Below, piece by piece: positions 33,245 through 34,380 of a stretch of DNA of 34,380 nt (position 1 is the stretch's first letter; the number at the start of each line of letters is the position of its first letter). This DNA is from Candidatus Rokuibacteriota bacterium (GTDB lineage Bacteria; Methylomirabilota; Methylomirabilia; Rokubacteriales; CSP1-6): the NCBI GenBank assembly GCA_050731995.1, contig JBOHQB010000231.1, positions 1-34,380 of the forward strand, read 5' to 3'. Under the pieces are notes generated by a model. The model searched no databases, was not told the DNA's origin, and worked only from the letters and a program-made list of their open reading frames with translations. Both the position numbers and the translations under genes were made by a program.

Positions 33245-33487
33245 TCAGGGACTCTTCTCGCGGCGCGCGGCCCGCAGGAGTCGCAGGCCGAGCTTCCGGA
33301 GCCCGGCCGGGCTCGCCAGTTCCTCGTAACGGGCGAGGGTGACCCGCTTACAGTACCGGCAGAGCAGCTCCACGCCCTCGTCGCTGAATCGCACGAGCTG
33401 CTTGGTGCAGGTGCACAACAGCCTCTCGAGCTCTCTCGGTGCCACGGTGCCGATCCCCCGGCGAAGAACACAAGAGCCCAGAGCCAC
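33245..33487 (-). CDS. possible small zinc-ribbon protein, Mu Com-like
   Basis: LLCTCTKQLVRFSDEGVELLCRYCKRVT aligns by eye with the Mu Com core CKNCNKLLFKADSFDHIEIRCPRCKRHI. GC3 is high through the ORF. The start is uncertain (GTG 33487 or GTG 33445). The first Cys pair is CxC rather than CxxC. Confidence 0.4.
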   Translation of the reverse strand: MALGSCVLRRGIGTVAPRELERLLCTCTKQLVRFSDEGVELLCRYCKRVTLARYEELASPAGLRKLGLRLLRAARREKSP

Positions 33488-33731
33488 GGCTCGGGCTTTG
33501 GATTCTGGGCTCTGGGTTCTCGAGCTCGGGGCGACCGGGCTCGGGATCGTGGTTCGATCCGACCTCTGGCCTCTACGTCATCGAGTCCCCCGCCGGACAG
33601 GTGCTGCGTCTCTGGGCTCGGCTCCCCTCCTGTGAAAGGTTCCCGTTCTCGCGGCAGGGGACTCGGCCCGATCGTAGCCAAGAACGCGGGACAACGCGAG
33701 CCGGCCAGCGCGGGGTAGAATGCCGGCACCG

Positions 33732-34075
33732 ATGCGCGAGGTTCACGAGATCTGGATCGAGCAGTGCGAGGCCGCTTGGGATATCCGCGAGGCGTTCGGT
33801 CTCCAGAAGGCGCTCGGCTACCTGATCGGCGAGAAGCTCCTCAACCTCCCGCGGGCGAGGTGCTGAATTTCGTGACGGAGATCAAGGACGTCTTCGATCG
33901 CGAGGAGATACGGACGTACCTCGACAGCGTGCAGCGTGTCGGCGCGCTCGGTCACGTCGCGACCGACGAGGCCTACGAGGAGATGCGTGAGGCGGGGGCG
34001 ATTGACGAGGATCATGTCTGGTGGGCCGAGGACATCCTCCTGATCGAGCGCGCGAAGGAGTTACCGCTCGGGTGA
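33732..34075 (+). pseudogene. hypothetical gene split by a 1-nt frameshift (or assembly indel)
   Basis: ATG 33732 gives MREVHEIWIEQCEAAWDIREAFGLQKALGYLIGEKLLNLPRARC, ending at TGA 33864-33866. The reading continues sensibly in the frame displaced by one base from ~33850 (..AGEVLNFVTEIKDVFDREEIRTYLDSVQRVGALGH...ERAKELPLG, the tail of listed ORF 33764..34075). TAGAAT lies at 33715-33720, 11 nt before the ATG. Confidence 0.45.
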
Positions 34076-34380
34076 GTGGCACGCACCCCCTCGAAGGCTG
34101 CAGCGGGGGAAACAATTCTTCGTGCCCGGACGGAGCGGCCGAAAGTCCGCCGCCCTCGTTGCTCTGCGTTCGTTGAGACGGCTGTCCGATGCGTTCGACG
34201 ACGTACTGGTAGGCGAAGAGATCGGCCAGGAGCTTCAGTATCTCGGTGTCGTCGAGGGGGGGGGTCAAGGAGCGTAGACGGGACAAACGCGCTCTTGACG
34301 GAACGTCCCTTCTCGGAACCTCCGCCCCTTCCTGCGACCCTGCTGAACCAGGGCCGCCGTTCCGCCCTCCGCCCCCCCCC

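Noticed and set aside
33540-33575. tRNA T-arm-like GGTTCGATCC
   Set aside because: The flanking bases form only a GGATCG/CGATCC hairpin with a 5-nt loop. No acceptor, D or anticodon arms can be drawn.
32809-33729. 306-aa minus-strand ORF as one protein
   Set aside because: Only the last 106 codons (signal peptide + tandem HhH) are ComEA-like, and they have their own ATG with a strong AGGAGAG SD. The upstream 200 codons are Ser/Pro/Arg/Gly-rich and overlap the Com-like ORF in another frame.
33882-34380. Minus-strand ORF (listed as 33882..34286; the same frame is open to the window edge at 34380) with the N-terminal peptide LDDTEILKLLADLFAYQYVVERIG. Also a G9 homopolymer at 34256-34264 and a C9 run at the window end (34372-34380).
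   Set aside because: About half of the ORF overlaps the plus-strand gene at 33732-34075 and is junk-like there. No family was recognised. The homopolymer runs at the sequence edge look like assembly-end artefacts or error-prone sites, so neither a gene call nor a phase-variation claim is justified without reads.

Overview
This is a 34.4-kb, very GC-rich (roughly 70% by eye) bacterial chromosomal window. It is gene-dense, with about 33 credible CDS. No rRNA, tRNA, CRISPR array or transposase was recognised.

The six-frame track is dominated by Arg/Ala/Pro-rich shadow ORFs typical of high-GC DNA. Most listed ORFs had to be trimmed to an internal ATG or GTG. Many neighbouring genes are translationally coupled:
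- TGATG, 1-nt overlap: 9976, 14017, 20304, 26659, 27144.
- ATGA or GTGA, 4-nt overlap: 1462-1465, 6330-6333, 16463-16466, 21542-21545.
- 11-nt overlap: 18061-18071.

Gene blocks in order:
1. Class-III aminotransferase + DUF4392-like pair (146-2385, minus), with a divergent lipoprotein.
2. Alpha-glucan locus: treZ (minus), then GH57 branching enzyme, glgC, GH57/DUF3536 and glgE (plus) (2816-11919).
3. PurM/HypE-like protein -> cytoplasmic gamma-glutamyltransferase -> secreted protein operon (15039-11926, minus), with a SAM methyltransferase upstream.
4. vapC with an atypically large upstream partner (16044-16960).
5. Copper operon csoR-copA, followed by a 55-codon YHS ORF that is not in the ORF track and a DUF2889-like gene (20585-17023, minus), with a CsoR-type operator.
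6. Small basic protein + DAG/lipid kinase.
7. mreB-mreC-mreD-mrdA-rodA-rng morphogenesis cluster (29050-22129, minus).
8. Conserved hypothetical protein, then cspA, then a DEAD-box helicase.
9. comEA-like gene, a Com-like zinc-ribbon ORF and a frameshifted hypothetical gene.

The non-genic signals I consider most worth follow-up:
- A 450-nt ORF-free, helix-rich gap (32359-32808). It contains a 17-nt exact copy of the 16S rRNA 3' end, anti-SD included.
- A dispersed GGAAATCCG-terminated repeat module found in two intergenic regions (21923-22083 and 29420-29608). One copy forms a ~40-nt near-perfect inverted repeat.
- An in-frame relic ORF that looks like a LeuC N-terminus fused to a LeuD C-terminus (29217-29396).
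- A 21-bp x3 in-frame tandem repeat inside the DEAD-box helicase.

All family assignments rest on reading the translated sequences. No database search was run.
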